From IMG/VR virus record IMGVR_UViG_3300036766_001014, positions 16,841-80,840 of that record: a stretch of 64,000 nucleotides of DNA, one strand, 5' to 3'. Below are positions 26,348 to 35,485 of the stretch, one piece after another. Position 1 is the stretch's first letter, and each line of letters opens with the position of its first letter. Below the pieces are notes generated by a model that worked only from the letters and a program-made list of their open reading frames with translations, was not told the origin of the DNA and made no database searches. The stretch is from a virus. Position numbers and translations under genes: made by a program.

Positions 26348-27349
26348 TTGGGGCGCTGGCTGAGGCGATGGTGGTGGTTGCTGTGGCTGGTCGTATGTGC
26401 CAGCTGCATGCGCCGCGAGGCCATGGCTCCACATGCCGACCACGGCGTTGCCGACGCCGATCGTGTGGAGCATCCAGCGAAAGCGGGACCCGTGGACGAT
26501 CGCCTTGACCTGGACAGGGCAGTCGTTGAGAGAGAGATGTCAGGGGCGGAGTCTTCGGCGATCGAGGGCACCGGAAACCTCGGCTCCGGCCACGGGCGTA
26601 TGGGTGGCGGATCCGAGGGCTCCGGTTTCGGCGCAGGCCACGGGCGCCTCGGTGGCTCCGAGGGTCTCGGCCTCGGTCACCGGCCCACGCCGCCAACCAC
26701 GGGGCTCGGTGCGCCCGCCGACCACGCCGCTGAAGACCCGGTCGAGAACCCATCGGCCACGCCGACGACCGCGGACCCGCTGGCAACGGTTCAGTCTGTC
26801 GTGGACAAGTTCGGCTCGGCGAACATTGCGTTCAATCCGCCGAAGTCGATGATCATGGGGGACAAGAAGCTGGTCGAGCTGCTGCTATCACCGGCGGAAA
26901 CCCAGGCTGCGCTACGGTCCGGGCTGCCAGCCGAGGACCAGGGCTCGGCCGAAACGGCTGCGGTCCAGGTTGCTCCACGCATGGAGGCGAGACTTACCGG
27001 TCTCGGCTTTGCGGTCGAGAGCCTGTCTCCGCCCGAGCAGGCTGTGGGCAAGTCGCAGCGCGCGCGTTGGTCGTGGCTCGTGGCGCCGACGGCGGAAGGA
27101 ATCCAGTTCCTGCACCTGTCGCTGTCCGCTCGGATTAGCGTCGAGGGGCACGATACCCCGTTCGTGGTCAGGACATTCGACCGGGAAATCGCGGTGAAGG
27201 TGACGACGATGCAGCGGCTACAGACGCTGATCTCGGAGCACGGTGGCTGGGCTTGGGGCGCAATCGGCGTCCCGGTGTTTGGCTATCTATTGGAGCGGTA
27301 CAGAAAGCGCCGCAAGCAACAAGGAAAGGTAGAGAGTGATCATGGGTAA
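26348..27349 (+). CDS. membrane/lipoprotein with GHGRxGG glycine repeats and a C-terminal TM anchor
   Basis: Signal-like LLWLVVCASC; GSGHGRMGG, GAGHGRLGG; WAWGAIGVPVFGYLL-RYRKRRK. Confidence 0.65.
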   Translation: MGRWLRRWWWLLWLVVCASCMRREAMAPHADHGVADADRVEHPAKAGPVDDRLDLDRAVVEREMSGAESSAIEGTGNLGSGHGRMGGGSEGSGFGAGHGRLGGSEGLGLGHRPTPPTTGLGAPADHAAEDPVENPSATPTTADPLATVQSVVDKFGSANIAFNPPKSMIMGDKKLVELLLSPAETQAALRSGLPAEDQGSAETAAVQVAPRMEARLTGLGFAVESLSPPEQAVGKSQRARWSWLVAPTAEGIQFLHLSLSARISVEGHDTPFVVRTFDREIAVKVTTMQRLQTLISEHGGWAWGAIGVPVFGYLLERYRKRRKQQGKVESDHG

Positions 27350-27752
27350 GAGGCTGTTCGTAGGAAACCTGGCATGGGGAACAACCGATCAAGACTTGGT
27401 TGATTTCTTCGGCGCCGGGACGGTGAGCGCGAAGGTCATCATGGACCGCGAGTCCGGTCGCTCGCGCGGATTCGCCTTCGTCGAGGCGGAGTCTGATGCG
27501 GACGCCGAGCGCATCATGCACACGTTCGCCGGAGCCGATCTCCAGGGGCGCGAGCTGCGCATCAACGAGGCCGAGGAGCGGACGAGGTCGGATAGTCGGC
27601 CACGCTCAAGCGCCGGTGGCGGCGGCGGTTACAGCGGCGGCGGCCATGGCGGCGGCGGGCGTTATGCGCCTTCAGCAGCTCCGCCAGAGGTGCGACACGG
27701 CAAAGGCTCGCGGCGCCGCGGCCGAGGCGATCACGACGGCGACAGTTGGTAG
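27342..27752 (+). CDS. RRM (RNP-1) RNA-binding protein with Gly-rich tail
   Basis: LFVGNL, RSRGFAFVE, GRELRINEA. Confidence 0.95.
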   Translation: MGKRLFVGNLAWGTTDQDLVDFFGAGTVSAKVIMDRESGRSRGFAFVEAESDADAERIMHTFAGADLQGRELRINEAEERTRSDSRPRSSAGGGGGYSGGGHGGGGRYAPSAAPPEVRHGKGSRRRGRGDHDGDSW

Positions 27753-27816
27753 GTCGCTTGCCAAACCGATGCAGTCGTATTACTACAGCATGCGCATCGG
27801 AGTTTCGGGAGGCTGA

Positions 27817-28428
27817 ATGGCGTACACGGACAAGCAGGTCGAGTTCCTCCCAACGTCGGCGTGGGCCGTGCTGCGTTTCCTCGAAGAAGTAAATCTGCCA
27901 GGTGGTCGCTGGCTGGAGCCGTGCGTGGGCGGCGGCTCGATCATCAAGGCGGTCAACAGTGTTCGCGACGACATCGAATGGGTGACGGTGGACATCAAGA
28001 GTCGCCCTGAGTTTCCGGCGCAGCATGTTGGCGACTACACGAAGCTCTACCGGGAGCTTGGGGCTTTCGACGTGGCGATCTTCAATCCGCCATTCAGCAG
28101 GGCGCTGGAGTTCGTGCAGTGCGCTGTTCGGCAGGCTCGACACGTGTGCATGTTCCAGCGCCTCAACTGGATCGCCAATGGCACTCGCGCCCAGTGGCTC
28201 AGGCCGAGGATGCCGGGGCTACACATACTGCCCAATCGCCCAGGTCACTTTGCCGAAAAGGGCAGCACGGACATGCAGGAGTACGCCTGGTTTTTGTGGC
28301 CTCGCCAGTACGACGAGGTTCGGATCCTGTCAAACACCAGCAGCGCCACGCGCAAGCAAGATCGACTGCTTGCGACGGCAGGGCAGGACTTGGCCGATCG
28401 ACAGATGGCGCTGTTCCCCGATCTGTGA
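27817..28428 (+). CDS. DNA amino-methyltransferase (N6-adenine type)
   Basis: EPCVGGG, NPPF, EYAWFLW; GGAGG RBS. Confidence 0.85.
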   Translation: MAYTDKQVEFLPTSAWAVLRFLEEVNLPGGRWLEPCVGGGSIIKAVNSVRDDIEWVTVDIKSRPEFPAQHVGDYTKLYRELGAFDVAIFNPPFSRALEFVQCAVRQARHVCMFQRLNWIANGTRAQWLRPRMPGLHILPNRPGHFAEKGSTDMQEYAWFLWPRQYDEVRILSNTSSATRKQDRLLATAGQDLADRQMALFPDL

Positions 28429-28751
28429 TGAACCCCGGAATCACAAAGACAGTTGCGCTGCTGAACGCGCACGGGTTCGACACCTGTGACTCGGGCGATG
28501 GGGAGACGCACGATTACTCATGCGATCGCGAGCGCGGGTACGTGGTCGTGCGCCTGCGCTCGGACCAGCCGCTGGAGGCGTCTGCGGATAGCGTTGCGGC
28601 GCTACTGAAGGCGCACGGAGCGCCAGTCGGCGAGCCAGTCAGCGACTCTGGCGGTGTCATCATCCAGGCCAACTACTGCCCGCACGACGGGATTCGCCTC
28701 ATAGACGTGGAAGGAATACACGATCGGATGCTCACGACGCCGCCTGCTTGA
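28428..28751 (+). CDS. hypothetical protein
   Basis: TGATG overlap; LNAHGFDTCDSGDG. Confidence 0.6.
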   Translation: MNPGITKTVALLNAHGFDTCDSGDGETHDYSCDRERGYVVVRLRSDQPLEASADSVAALLKAHGAPVGEPVSDSGGVIIQANYCPHDGIRLIDVEGIHDRMLTTPPA

Positions 28752-28777
28752 CAAACCGTATCTACGTCATGGATAAT
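28748..28777 (+). promoter_or_regulatory. promoter TTGACA-N18-GATAAT (leaderless)
   Basis: CTTGACAAAC; ATG 8 nt downstream. Confidence 0.7.
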
Positions 28778-28785
28778 GTCGGTAG

Positions 28786-29340
28786 ATGGACAACTCAAAC
28801 GCAAAAATCCTAGATGCAGCAGGCTTTGCGGCCGAGAAGCATGAGGGTCAATTCCGAAAGAATGCCGCCGGTAAGAAGGTTCCGTACATTGTTCACCCGC
28901 TGCGTGTAGCGGCCAGCCTCGCGCGCGCGGGCGCTCACGAGGATGTGATCGTTGCGGCCATCCTGCACGACACGTTGGAGGACACGGACACGACGCGCGC
29001 GGAGCTGATCGACCGGTTCGGGCGGTGGGTTGCGGACACGGTTTTAGAGGTGACTGACGACAAGATGTTGTCCAAGGACGAGAACAGAAATCGCCAAGTC
29101 GCCAAGGCTCCATACATGTCTGATGGAGCCAAGCTGATCAAGGTCGCGGACAAGGCCGACAACGTGATGAGCATAGTCGAGTCGCCTCCGAGATGGAGCG
29201 ACGAGAAAAAACTCCTGTATGTCGAGAGCGCGACTCGCGTAGTAATCGCGCTCGGGCTCGGGTTCGAGCACGCGGAGCTTGTGGGGAGATTCTGGTCTGC
29301 CGTAAGCGTGACCAGGGCGTCGATCGCCGCGGCCGCGTAA
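28786..29340 (+). CDS. Mesh1/SpoT-like HD hydrolase (small alarmone hydrolase)
   Basis: H.GQ.RK, PYIVHP, AAILHDTLED, KVADKADN. Confidence 0.9.
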   Translation: MDNSNAKILDAAGFAAEKHEGQFRKNAAGKKVPYIVHPLRVAASLARAGAHEDVIVAAILHDTLEDTDTTRAELIDRFGRWVADTVLEVTDDKMLSKDENRNRQVAKAPYMSDGAKLIKVADKADNVMSIVESPPRWSDEKKLLYVESATRVVIALGLGFEHAELVGRFWSAVSVTRASIAAAA

Positions 29341-29378
29341 CTCCAAAGATGCCTGCTTCTACGGACAGCGGCAGGACA

Positions 29379-29900
29379 ATGGCAAGGTCGGCAGTCGCCG
29401 CGCTCTGCTTTGTCTCCTGGGTCTCTCTCGCGCTGGCGCAGTCTCCTGTCGCCGACGACTCGCGCAGCGAGTTGCTTCGAGTCCTGGTGGCCGAGTCTCG
29501 CTGGAACACGCCGCGCTCACATGCCGCGATGCTTCACGTTCTGCGTAGGTTCGCGGTCAGGCGTGGCGTGACAGCGGCGCAGGCCGCAGACAGGCTCGTG
29601 TGGGCATACAGTAACGCTCAATCGGATCACCCCTGGATCCGCTACCTCAATGGATCATGTGAACGACCTGACTACTACAAAGGCACATGGCCGAAGGACA
29701 AGTGCTTGAGAGTGGTTGATTTCATTGACTCATTCGAGTCTGGGAGGGTTGCAGATCCTTGCGCGGGCCAAGCAAGCGGGTGGCGTTCGCCAAGAAGCCA
29801 GGCTCTGCGCTACGCTTTGCGCCACGGGTTTCTGCGCGTGAAGTGCCGAGGGGGCACCTCGCTCGCCTTTGTGAAGGAGAAAAAGCATGGACGACAGTGA
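29379..29900 (+). CDS. secreted protein, possible SleB/Hydrolase_2-like cell-wall hydrolase
   Basis: Signal peptide (ALA-Q); LRVLVAES, AMLHVL, DPCAGQ resemble SleB motifs. Confidence 0.45.
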   Translation: MARSAVAALCFVSWVSLALAQSPVADDSRSELLRVLVAESRWNTPRSHAAMLHVLRRFAVRRGVTAAQAADRLVWAYSNAQSDHPWIRYLNGSCERPDYYKGTWPKDKCLRVVDFIDSFESGRVADPCAGQASGWRSPRSQALRYALRHGFLRVKCRGGTSLAFVKEKKHGRQ

Positions 29901-30345
29901 GCGCGCGAAACGCAGAGAGGCAATCAAAGCGTTGGGCAGAAACCCTCCGAGCAGCGCTGAAATCCGGGACAAACTTCGGCTAACACGCAAAGACTATGCG
30001 TTCCCGAAGATCAGATCCTGTTGGGGCCACGATTGTCGCACTGTTGTTTTCGGCGGCGGCCTCTGCACGTTCTGCTCTTTCACGCAGGCGGAGATTGAGA
30101 TCGCGGCCGCCCATGCGTGGGTAGAAAGGGCTCAGATCACACCCGAGGCAGAGGTCGATGTTGCGCACGCGACTCGGGCGAGAGATGCGCAAGAGGTGAA
30201 TGATCTGCCGAACAATCGCGGGCCGCGCGTGAGCCCGGTCGGACTCGCGGTCGTGTGCCTGATGATCGTGTTCTCGCTGGTCGCGGCATACGCGCAGAAG
30301 CACGAGGAATCGCGGGTATCTGCGCAGCAGATCGCCGGGGACTGA
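29887..30345 (+). CDS. hypothetical membrane protein
   Basis: C-terminal TM; GAAGGAG RBS. Confidence 0.55.
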   Translation: MDDSERAKRREAIKALGRNPPSSAEIRDKLRLTRKDYAFPKIRSCWGHDCRTVVFGGGLCTFCSFTQAEIEIAAAHAWVERAQITPEAEVDVAHATRARDAQEVNDLPNNRGPRVSPVGLAVVCLMIVFSLVAAYAQKHEESRVSAQQIAGD

Positions 30346-30369
30346 CGGTGGTAAGCGGGACAAAAGCCT

Positions 30370-30789
30370 ATGTTATTCGTTGAGCCAGACGAGATCGAAA
30401 TCATCCCCGCCGGTCGCACGAAGTGCCAGGCGTGCGAGGGGCGCTACGCCTCGTGGCGCATGGGCACGACCGAGGCGCCAATGATCAAGCGTGACCTGTG
30501 CGGATGGTGCGCGCTCTACGACCAGAAGACGGCCTGGGCGCACGACAACCGCGAGGAGCTGGCTCACGTGGGCGAGATGGTGCTCGGATACGCGCGCAGG
30601 TCGGTCAACAAGAAGGCCGTCATTCCCGAGCTGGACGATCAACATCGTCTCGATCCGGACGCTGCCGATCGATTCTTCATGGGCGTGGTGTTCACCAGTC
30701 GGATGCTTGGTAGCGGGCCGCTCGGCCGAATGACCAAGGTCGGCGCAGCTGCGAGGGAGTTGCTTGATGACGACGAGCCCGCTGTCTAG
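30370..30789 (+). CDS. hypothetical Zn-binding protein
   Basis: CQAC...CGWC. Confidence 0.65.
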   Translation: MLFVEPDEIEIIPAGRTKCQACEGRYASWRMGTTEAPMIKRDLCGWCALYDQKTAWAHDNREELAHVGEMVLGYARRSVNKKAVIPELDDQHRLDPDAADRFFMGVVFTSRMLGSGPLGRMTKVGAAARELLDDDEPAV

Positions 30790-31054
30790 CTCGTGGCCGC
30801 GCGTGCGCGTGGGCCAAAGGGTTCGGCTACTGAAGAATGGCGCTGATGGCGAGGTCGTTGGGGTTCGCCTAGCGCGAGACGTGCTGCGCACGATGACCGA
30901 GATGGACGCGATATTGCTTGGGCCCAAGTGCCAGGCGCTATACGGCGTAGGCTGGATCGACATCTACTACGAGGCGGACGTGAGGCTTGGAGAGGGCGCG
31001 CTCGTGACCGTGGGGCCGAATGGTATCGAGCGAGTGCTTCCCGATCGGCGTTGA
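30764..31054 (+). CDS. hypothetical protein (SH3-like)
   Basis: VGQRVRL...GEVVG. Confidence 0.55.
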   Translation: MMTTSPLSSSWPRVRVGQRVRLLKNGADGEVVGVRLARDVLRTMTEMDAILLGPKCQALYGVGWIDIYYEADVRLGEGALVTVGPNGIERVLPDRR

Positions 31055-31078
31055 CAATCTAGGCTGATACGATAGGAT
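31051..31078 (+). promoter_or_regulatory. promoter TTGACA-N16-TAGGAT (leaderless)
   Basis: ATG 6 nt downstream; heads the replication cluster. Confidence 0.65.
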
Positions 31079-31084
31079 GTTTTG

Positions 31085-31516
31085 ATGCAGTCCGATCGCG
31101 ACAAGACACTTCGGGAGGCGATGGATGCAACCTCGGAGCGATCGAGGTCCGCAAGAGCTGGTAGACGATCCAAGATCCAGGTCACCAAGCCATGGCGTGT
31201 CCTGGAGGAGTCGTGGCACGAACAGATGCGGCTGACGTTCGGTAAGAAGTACCAGTCGTCGCCGTGGGGCGTGGCCGAGACGAGCCTCGCCAAGGCGCTG
31301 CTAAAGGAGGTCGATTTGGAGACGGCCACCAAGATGGTCCAGGCGTTCATCCCGGCCTGGAAGAAGGATGGGACGCCAGGGTTCGGCTACTTCTGGAAAG
31401 CGCGGGATTCGTACCGAGCCATCGCGCTCGGCCAGGTGAAATCGAAACGCGAGCGCATCAACCAAGACGAGTTCAACGAGGCCAGGGACGGCCATTTACC
31501 CGATATAGGATGGTGA
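31085..31516 (+). CDS. hypothetical protein, possible replication initiator/loader partner
   Basis: Directly precedes the DnaC-like gene. Confidence 0.6.
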   Translation: MQSDRDKTLREAMDATSERSRSARAGRRSKIQVTKPWRVLEESWHEQMRLTFGKKYQSSPWGVAETSLAKALLKEVDLETATKMVQAFIPAWKKDGTPGFGYFWKARDSYRAIALGQVKSKRERINQDEFNEARDGHLPDIGW

Positions 31517-31534
31517 GTTTGCACACGACGTGAC

Positions 31535-32212
31535 ATGGCGTTACACTACAGGCGTGGCAGGCAATACATGCGAGTCGAGGGATACAGAAACCGGCTAACT
31601 GCCGATCACTTCGAGCTGATGCGAATTCCGCGTCGCTTCTGGGGCGCCTCTGTCTCCGAAATCGAGCCGCTGACCAGGAAAGTCATCGTCAGCTACCTCC
31701 GCCAGCTCGACGACATGCTCGACCGCGGTGCCGGTATCTTGCTCTGGGGCAGGAACGGTCGCGGCAAGACGAGCGCGGCGGTGTGCGTGGCCAAAGAGGC
31801 TCGCCGTCGCGGCGCATCCGTGTTGATGGTCACCGCAGCCGCCCTCATCGAGGCGGCCAGGGAACGGTCCACCGAGGATCGGCAACTTGTGGAGCGCGTG
31901 CGCGGCGTGGACTTTCTTTTGCTCGACGATCTCGACAAGGAGTACCCCGGCGACAGCGGGTACTCGGAGCGATTCCTGGAGAACCTGTTTCGCGAGCGCG
32001 GAGCGAACCGGCTCACGACCTGGATCACCTCGAACGCTGGGCGTGACGGTCTGATCGAGCGTTACAAGATTTCCATGATGGAAGTGCTCAAGGAGATGGT
32101 CGTGCCAGTGCGCATGAGGACGGGCATCGGCGAGAACGGTGACGAAGGCGAGAATCACCGCGACGACGAGCAGAAAAAACTGAGCGATCAGCTTCTGGCT
32201 AAGGTAGGTTAG
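31535..32212 (+). CDS. DnaC/IstB-like AAA+ ATPase (helicase loader)
   Basis: IPRRF, GRNGRGKT, LLLDDLDKE, TWITSN. Confidence 0.9.
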   Translation: MALHYRRGRQYMRVEGYRNRLTADHFELMRIPRRFWGASVSEIEPLTRKVIVSYLRQLDDMLDRGAGILLWGRNGRGKTSAAVCVAKEARRRGASVLMVTAAALIEAARERSTEDRQLVERVRGVDFLLLDDLDKEYPGDSGYSERFLENLFRERGANRLTTWITSNAGRDGLIERYKISMMEVLKEMVVPVRMRTGIGENGDEGENHRDDEQKKLSDQLLAKVG

Positions 32213-32300
32213 GCAGTCCTGGGCCTGACGTGGCCGATGTGAATTCGGCTGGCAGCCACGTCGCTGTTGGTCCTGACTTGTCAGCAATAGGGGTGCGGAC

Positions 32301-34916
32301 GTGGACATTGATGCGGCAATCCTTTGGTGCGCGACGCGAGACGACAGCGCGTTGAAGATGGCCAAGTCGCTCGGCGTAACCGATCGGCTGCTGAACGGTA
32401 ACGCCAAGGCGGCTTGGAAGTTCATCGGCGAGTACCAGGAAAAGTACGGCACGATCCCAAGCGTCGGACTCATCGTCGAGAACAGCGGCTGCGTCGTGAA
32501 GCCGCCGGACAGCGAGGAGGATCGCGTCGAGCTGCGATACGTTGTCGATCAGCTCTATGATCGCTTTCAGTTCAAGTCGCTCAACTACGGCCTCGGCAAG
32601 TCGAGCGAGGCGCTTGAGAACGGTAACCAGCAAGAAGCTGTAGACGAGGTCCTCAAGCTATCCGATCACCTACGCTCCGAGCGAAGGGATCAGCTTCAGA
32701 TCCACTCGCTCGGCGACGTGGCGCCGGACGTGCTCGCGATGTACGAGCGCGTAAAGCGCGGCGAGACTGGCGTGCCGTTCCCGTGGCAGACCATGACCGA
32801 CATGACTCTCGGCATGTGGCCAGGGACGCTGACGTTCTTCGTAGCTCGTCCTGGTGTCGGTAAATGCGTCCACGAAGACACCGAGATCATCGATCCGGTC
32901 ACCGGCGTGCCGACCTCGATTCGGCAGGTATACGACAGTCGCGGCTTTGCTCGCGTGGCGAGCTGGTCGAAGGAGCGTGGCGTCCACGCCGTGCCGATCT
33001 CGGCCAAGGTGGACACCGGGAGAAAGGAATGCCTGCGGGTCACGTTTCGCACAGGGCGAACGATCACGGTCACGCCAGAGCATCCATTCCTGTCGCCAGA
33101 AGGTTGGCTACGAGCCGACGCGATCAAAGTCGGAATGACCATGGCCTTGCCCGCCAGGATGCCAACGCCGGAGCAGCCCGTGTCGCTGAGTCCGCTCGAA
33201 GTGGATCTGCTCGCCGTGCTTCTCTCGGAAGGCAGCTATACCGGACACCACACCGGGTTCACCACGTCCGACGCGAGCATCCTTGAGATCGCGCGCGCGG
33301 CGGGCGAGTGGGCGGGTGCGCCGGTGAAGCATCGCAGTCGCTACGACTACGACTTTGTGCGTCCAGCTCAGTCTGCCGAACCGAACGCGGTCAGAGAGAT
33401 TCTGCGCCGTCACGGGATCGCCGGAACGCTTGCCAAGCACAAGGTTTTGCCGGAGGCGATCTGGCGATTGCCGCTTGAACAGCTGTCTCGTTTCTTGTCT
33501 GTGTTCTGGATGTGCGACGGGTACGTGGACGCGGCTCCAGGGGTCACGCTTGCATCTGAGAGGCTCGTTCGGCAGATCCAGTCGCTGCTGCTGCGTCTCG
33601 GTGTCCAGTCATCTGTCGGAGAAAGGACAGCAAAAATCGGAGAGGCTTCGTATCCGGCGTGGAGGCTGCGTGTTCACGCGGAGTGCTTCGAGGCGTTCGC
33701 GGCCGGGACGTCGCTCTGGGGAGACAAGAAGGACAGGCTCGACGCGCTTCTGACCATGGAGCGTAACCCAAACATCGGCTTTCCGAGGGTTAGCGACGAG
33801 ACGATTGAGGCGTTGCGGCGAGTCTCCGACTCAGGGACTGGCCGATGGCAGGGCGGCAAGCATGAGATGGTGGCCGCGGCGCTTGACAGGGTTCAGTTTC
33901 AGTTCCGAGACATGTTCGGAGCCAGCAACAGCATCAAGAAGACGGCTTTCGTTGGCTTCGCAGAGGTGTACGGGATCGCCGATCAGTATGCATGGTGGTG
34001 GAACTCCGACATCTTCTGGGACGAAGTGGTGACGATCGACTCGGTGGGCGAGCAGAAGATTTACGATCTCACGATCGCCGACACACACTGCTTCGTGGCC
34101 AACGATGTCATCGTTCACAACACTTGGACAGCGGTCATCATGGCCATGCACGTCTGGCAGGTGGCCAAGCTCAAGGTGCTAATCGTGTCGCCTGAGCTTG
34201 GCCGAGTTGAACTTGGCGAGCGGTGCGTGGCCAAGTACGGAGGGTTTTCGTACAAGGACATGGTCAGCGCCGAGTTGGGCGTGTTCGCCGAGCCCAAGTT
34301 CTACCAAGTGATCGAGGAGTTGAAGACCAACGGCGATGGCCTCTACATCCTCGACGATGAGGATCGGTTGCAGCCCGACTACATCGAGCAAGCGGTGGAG
34401 GCGGTTCGGCCGGACCTCGTGATCATCGACAGCCTCTACATGCTGCGCGTCGAGCGCGGCAAGGTGAAGTCGGGCGCTGGCAGCAAAGGCGACCGCATGG
34501 AGCGCGTGGTCGAGACCATCAACTGGATGCGCGGATTGTCACGCAAGAAGCGCTCGTTCGCCCCGGAGGGATTGCCGGTGGTTGGCATCCACCAGCTCTC
34601 GCGAGACGGCAAGGTGCGCTCCGACGCCGCGAAGTCCATCAAGTCCGGGCGTGGCACCGGCGGCCTGGAGGACACCGTAGCCCTGTCGGACGCCCTGTTC
34701 TGGAACGCGCACAACCTGTTCGCGATGTACCAGGACCAGTACATGATGCAAGATCATCAGCTCATGTACGTTCCGCTCAAAGCGCGCCGTCAGACGAAGG
34801 TGTCGAGCCTCGTGATCAACTGGGACTTGGTCACAATGGACTTCAAGGAGTTGGGCACGAAGGTTGGCGATCAGACCGCGGCGTATCAGGATGAGGAGAT
34901 GGAGGTTCCGTACTGA
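32301..34916 (+). CDS. dnaB: DnaB-like replicative helicase with intein
   Basis: ARPGVGK[intein]T Walker A; VIIDSLY; HQLSR. Confidence 0.9.
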   Translation: MDIDAAILWCATRDDSALKMAKSLGVTDRLLNGNAKAAWKFIGEYQEKYGTIPSVGLIVENSGCVVKPPDSEEDRVELRYVVDQLYDRFQFKSLNYGLGKSSEALENGNQQEAVDEVLKLSDHLRSERRDQLQIHSLGDVAPDVLAMYERVKRGETGVPFPWQTMTDMTLGMWPGTLTFFVARPGVGKCVHEDTEIIDPVTGVPTSIRQVYDSRGFARVASWSKERGVHAVPISAKVDTGRKECLRVTFRTGRTITVTPEHPFLSPEGWLRADAIKVGMTMALPARMPTPEQPVSLSPLEVDLLAVLLSEGSYTGHHTGFTTSDASILEIARAAGEWAGAPVKHRSRYDYDFVRPAQSAEPNAVREILRRHGIAGTLAKHKVLPEAIWRLPLEQLSRFLSVFWMCDGYVDAAPGVTLASERLVRQIQSLLLRLGVQSSVGERTAKIGEASYPAWRLRVHAECFEAFAAGTSLWGDKKDRLDALLTMERNPNIGFPRVSDETIEALRRVSDSGTGRWQGGKHEMVAAALDRVQFQFRDMFGASNSIKKTAFVGFAEVYGIADQYAWWWNSDIFWDEVVTIDSVGEQKIYDLTIADTHCFVANDVIVHNTWTAVIMAMHVWQVAKLKVLIVSPELGRVELGERCVAKYGGFSYKDMVSAELGVFAEPKFYQVIEELKTNGDGLYILDDEDRLQPDYIEQAVEAVRPDLVIIDSLYMLRVERGKVKSGAGSKGDRMERVVETINWMRGLSRKKRSFAPEGLPVVGIHQLSRDGKVRSDAAKSIKSGRGTGGLEDTVALSDALFWNAHNLFAMYQDQYMMQDHQLMYVPLKARRQTKVSSLVINWDLVTMDFKELGTKVGDQTAAYQDEEMEVPY
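32865..34121 (+). mobile_element. intein (419 aa) with LAGLIDADG homing endonuclease
   Basis: C1 CVHEDT, TPEHPF, LLAVLLSEG and FWMCDG, YDLTI..HCFVAN.VIVHN/T. Confidence 0.93.
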
Positions 34917-35329
34917 TGAATATAGAAACCATCATCGGCCTCGTCGGAGTGACGCTGGCGATTACCGTTGGCGGCGTGATCGACGAGCTGAGAGGATGGC
35001 TCGTTGGCTTCGCCGTGCCGTACAACCCGCTAAGAGTGCTCGGCAACATGCTGTCATCGACGATGATCGTTGGGTTCTTTTGCGGAGCCTTGTGGGCAGC
35101 GTTTGCCAGACACGACCCGGCGCTGTCGGGCGGCGTGGTGGCTATGGCCTCAGCTGTTGCCGATGAAGGACTCGCGCTGCTGCACGGCCTCGTCCGCAGG
35201 GTGATGCCGTATAGACCGCCGCAGCCGATGCCAATGCCTATTGAGATCCCGGCCAAGACAAGGGCGCCAAAAAACGAGGACGAGGCTCATGACGAAATGG
35301 ACCGCAGGGACGCGGAGCGAGAAGGGTGA
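34916..35329 (+). CDS. multi-TM membrane protein
   Basis: Three hydrophobic segments. Confidence 0.6.
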   Translation: MNIETIIGLVGVTLAITVGGVIDELRGWLVGFAVPYNPLRVLGNMLSSTMIVGFFCGALWAAFARHDPALSGGVVAMASAVADEGLALLHGLVRRVMPYRPPQPMPMPIEIPAKTRAPKNEDEAHDEMDRRDAEREG

Positions 35330-35485
35330 GCGGGCCATCGCGTGGCGCGGTGATCCTTTCTGCACTGCGGTGGCTTGTGCGGCGCGAGATGAGTCGCTTC
35401 CCGGCTCAGGACGAGGGCGGCAGCGAGGTACTCCACGTCATCGACGCGGAGCTGGAGTTGGAGAAACAGGAGCGAGGAGAAGCAG

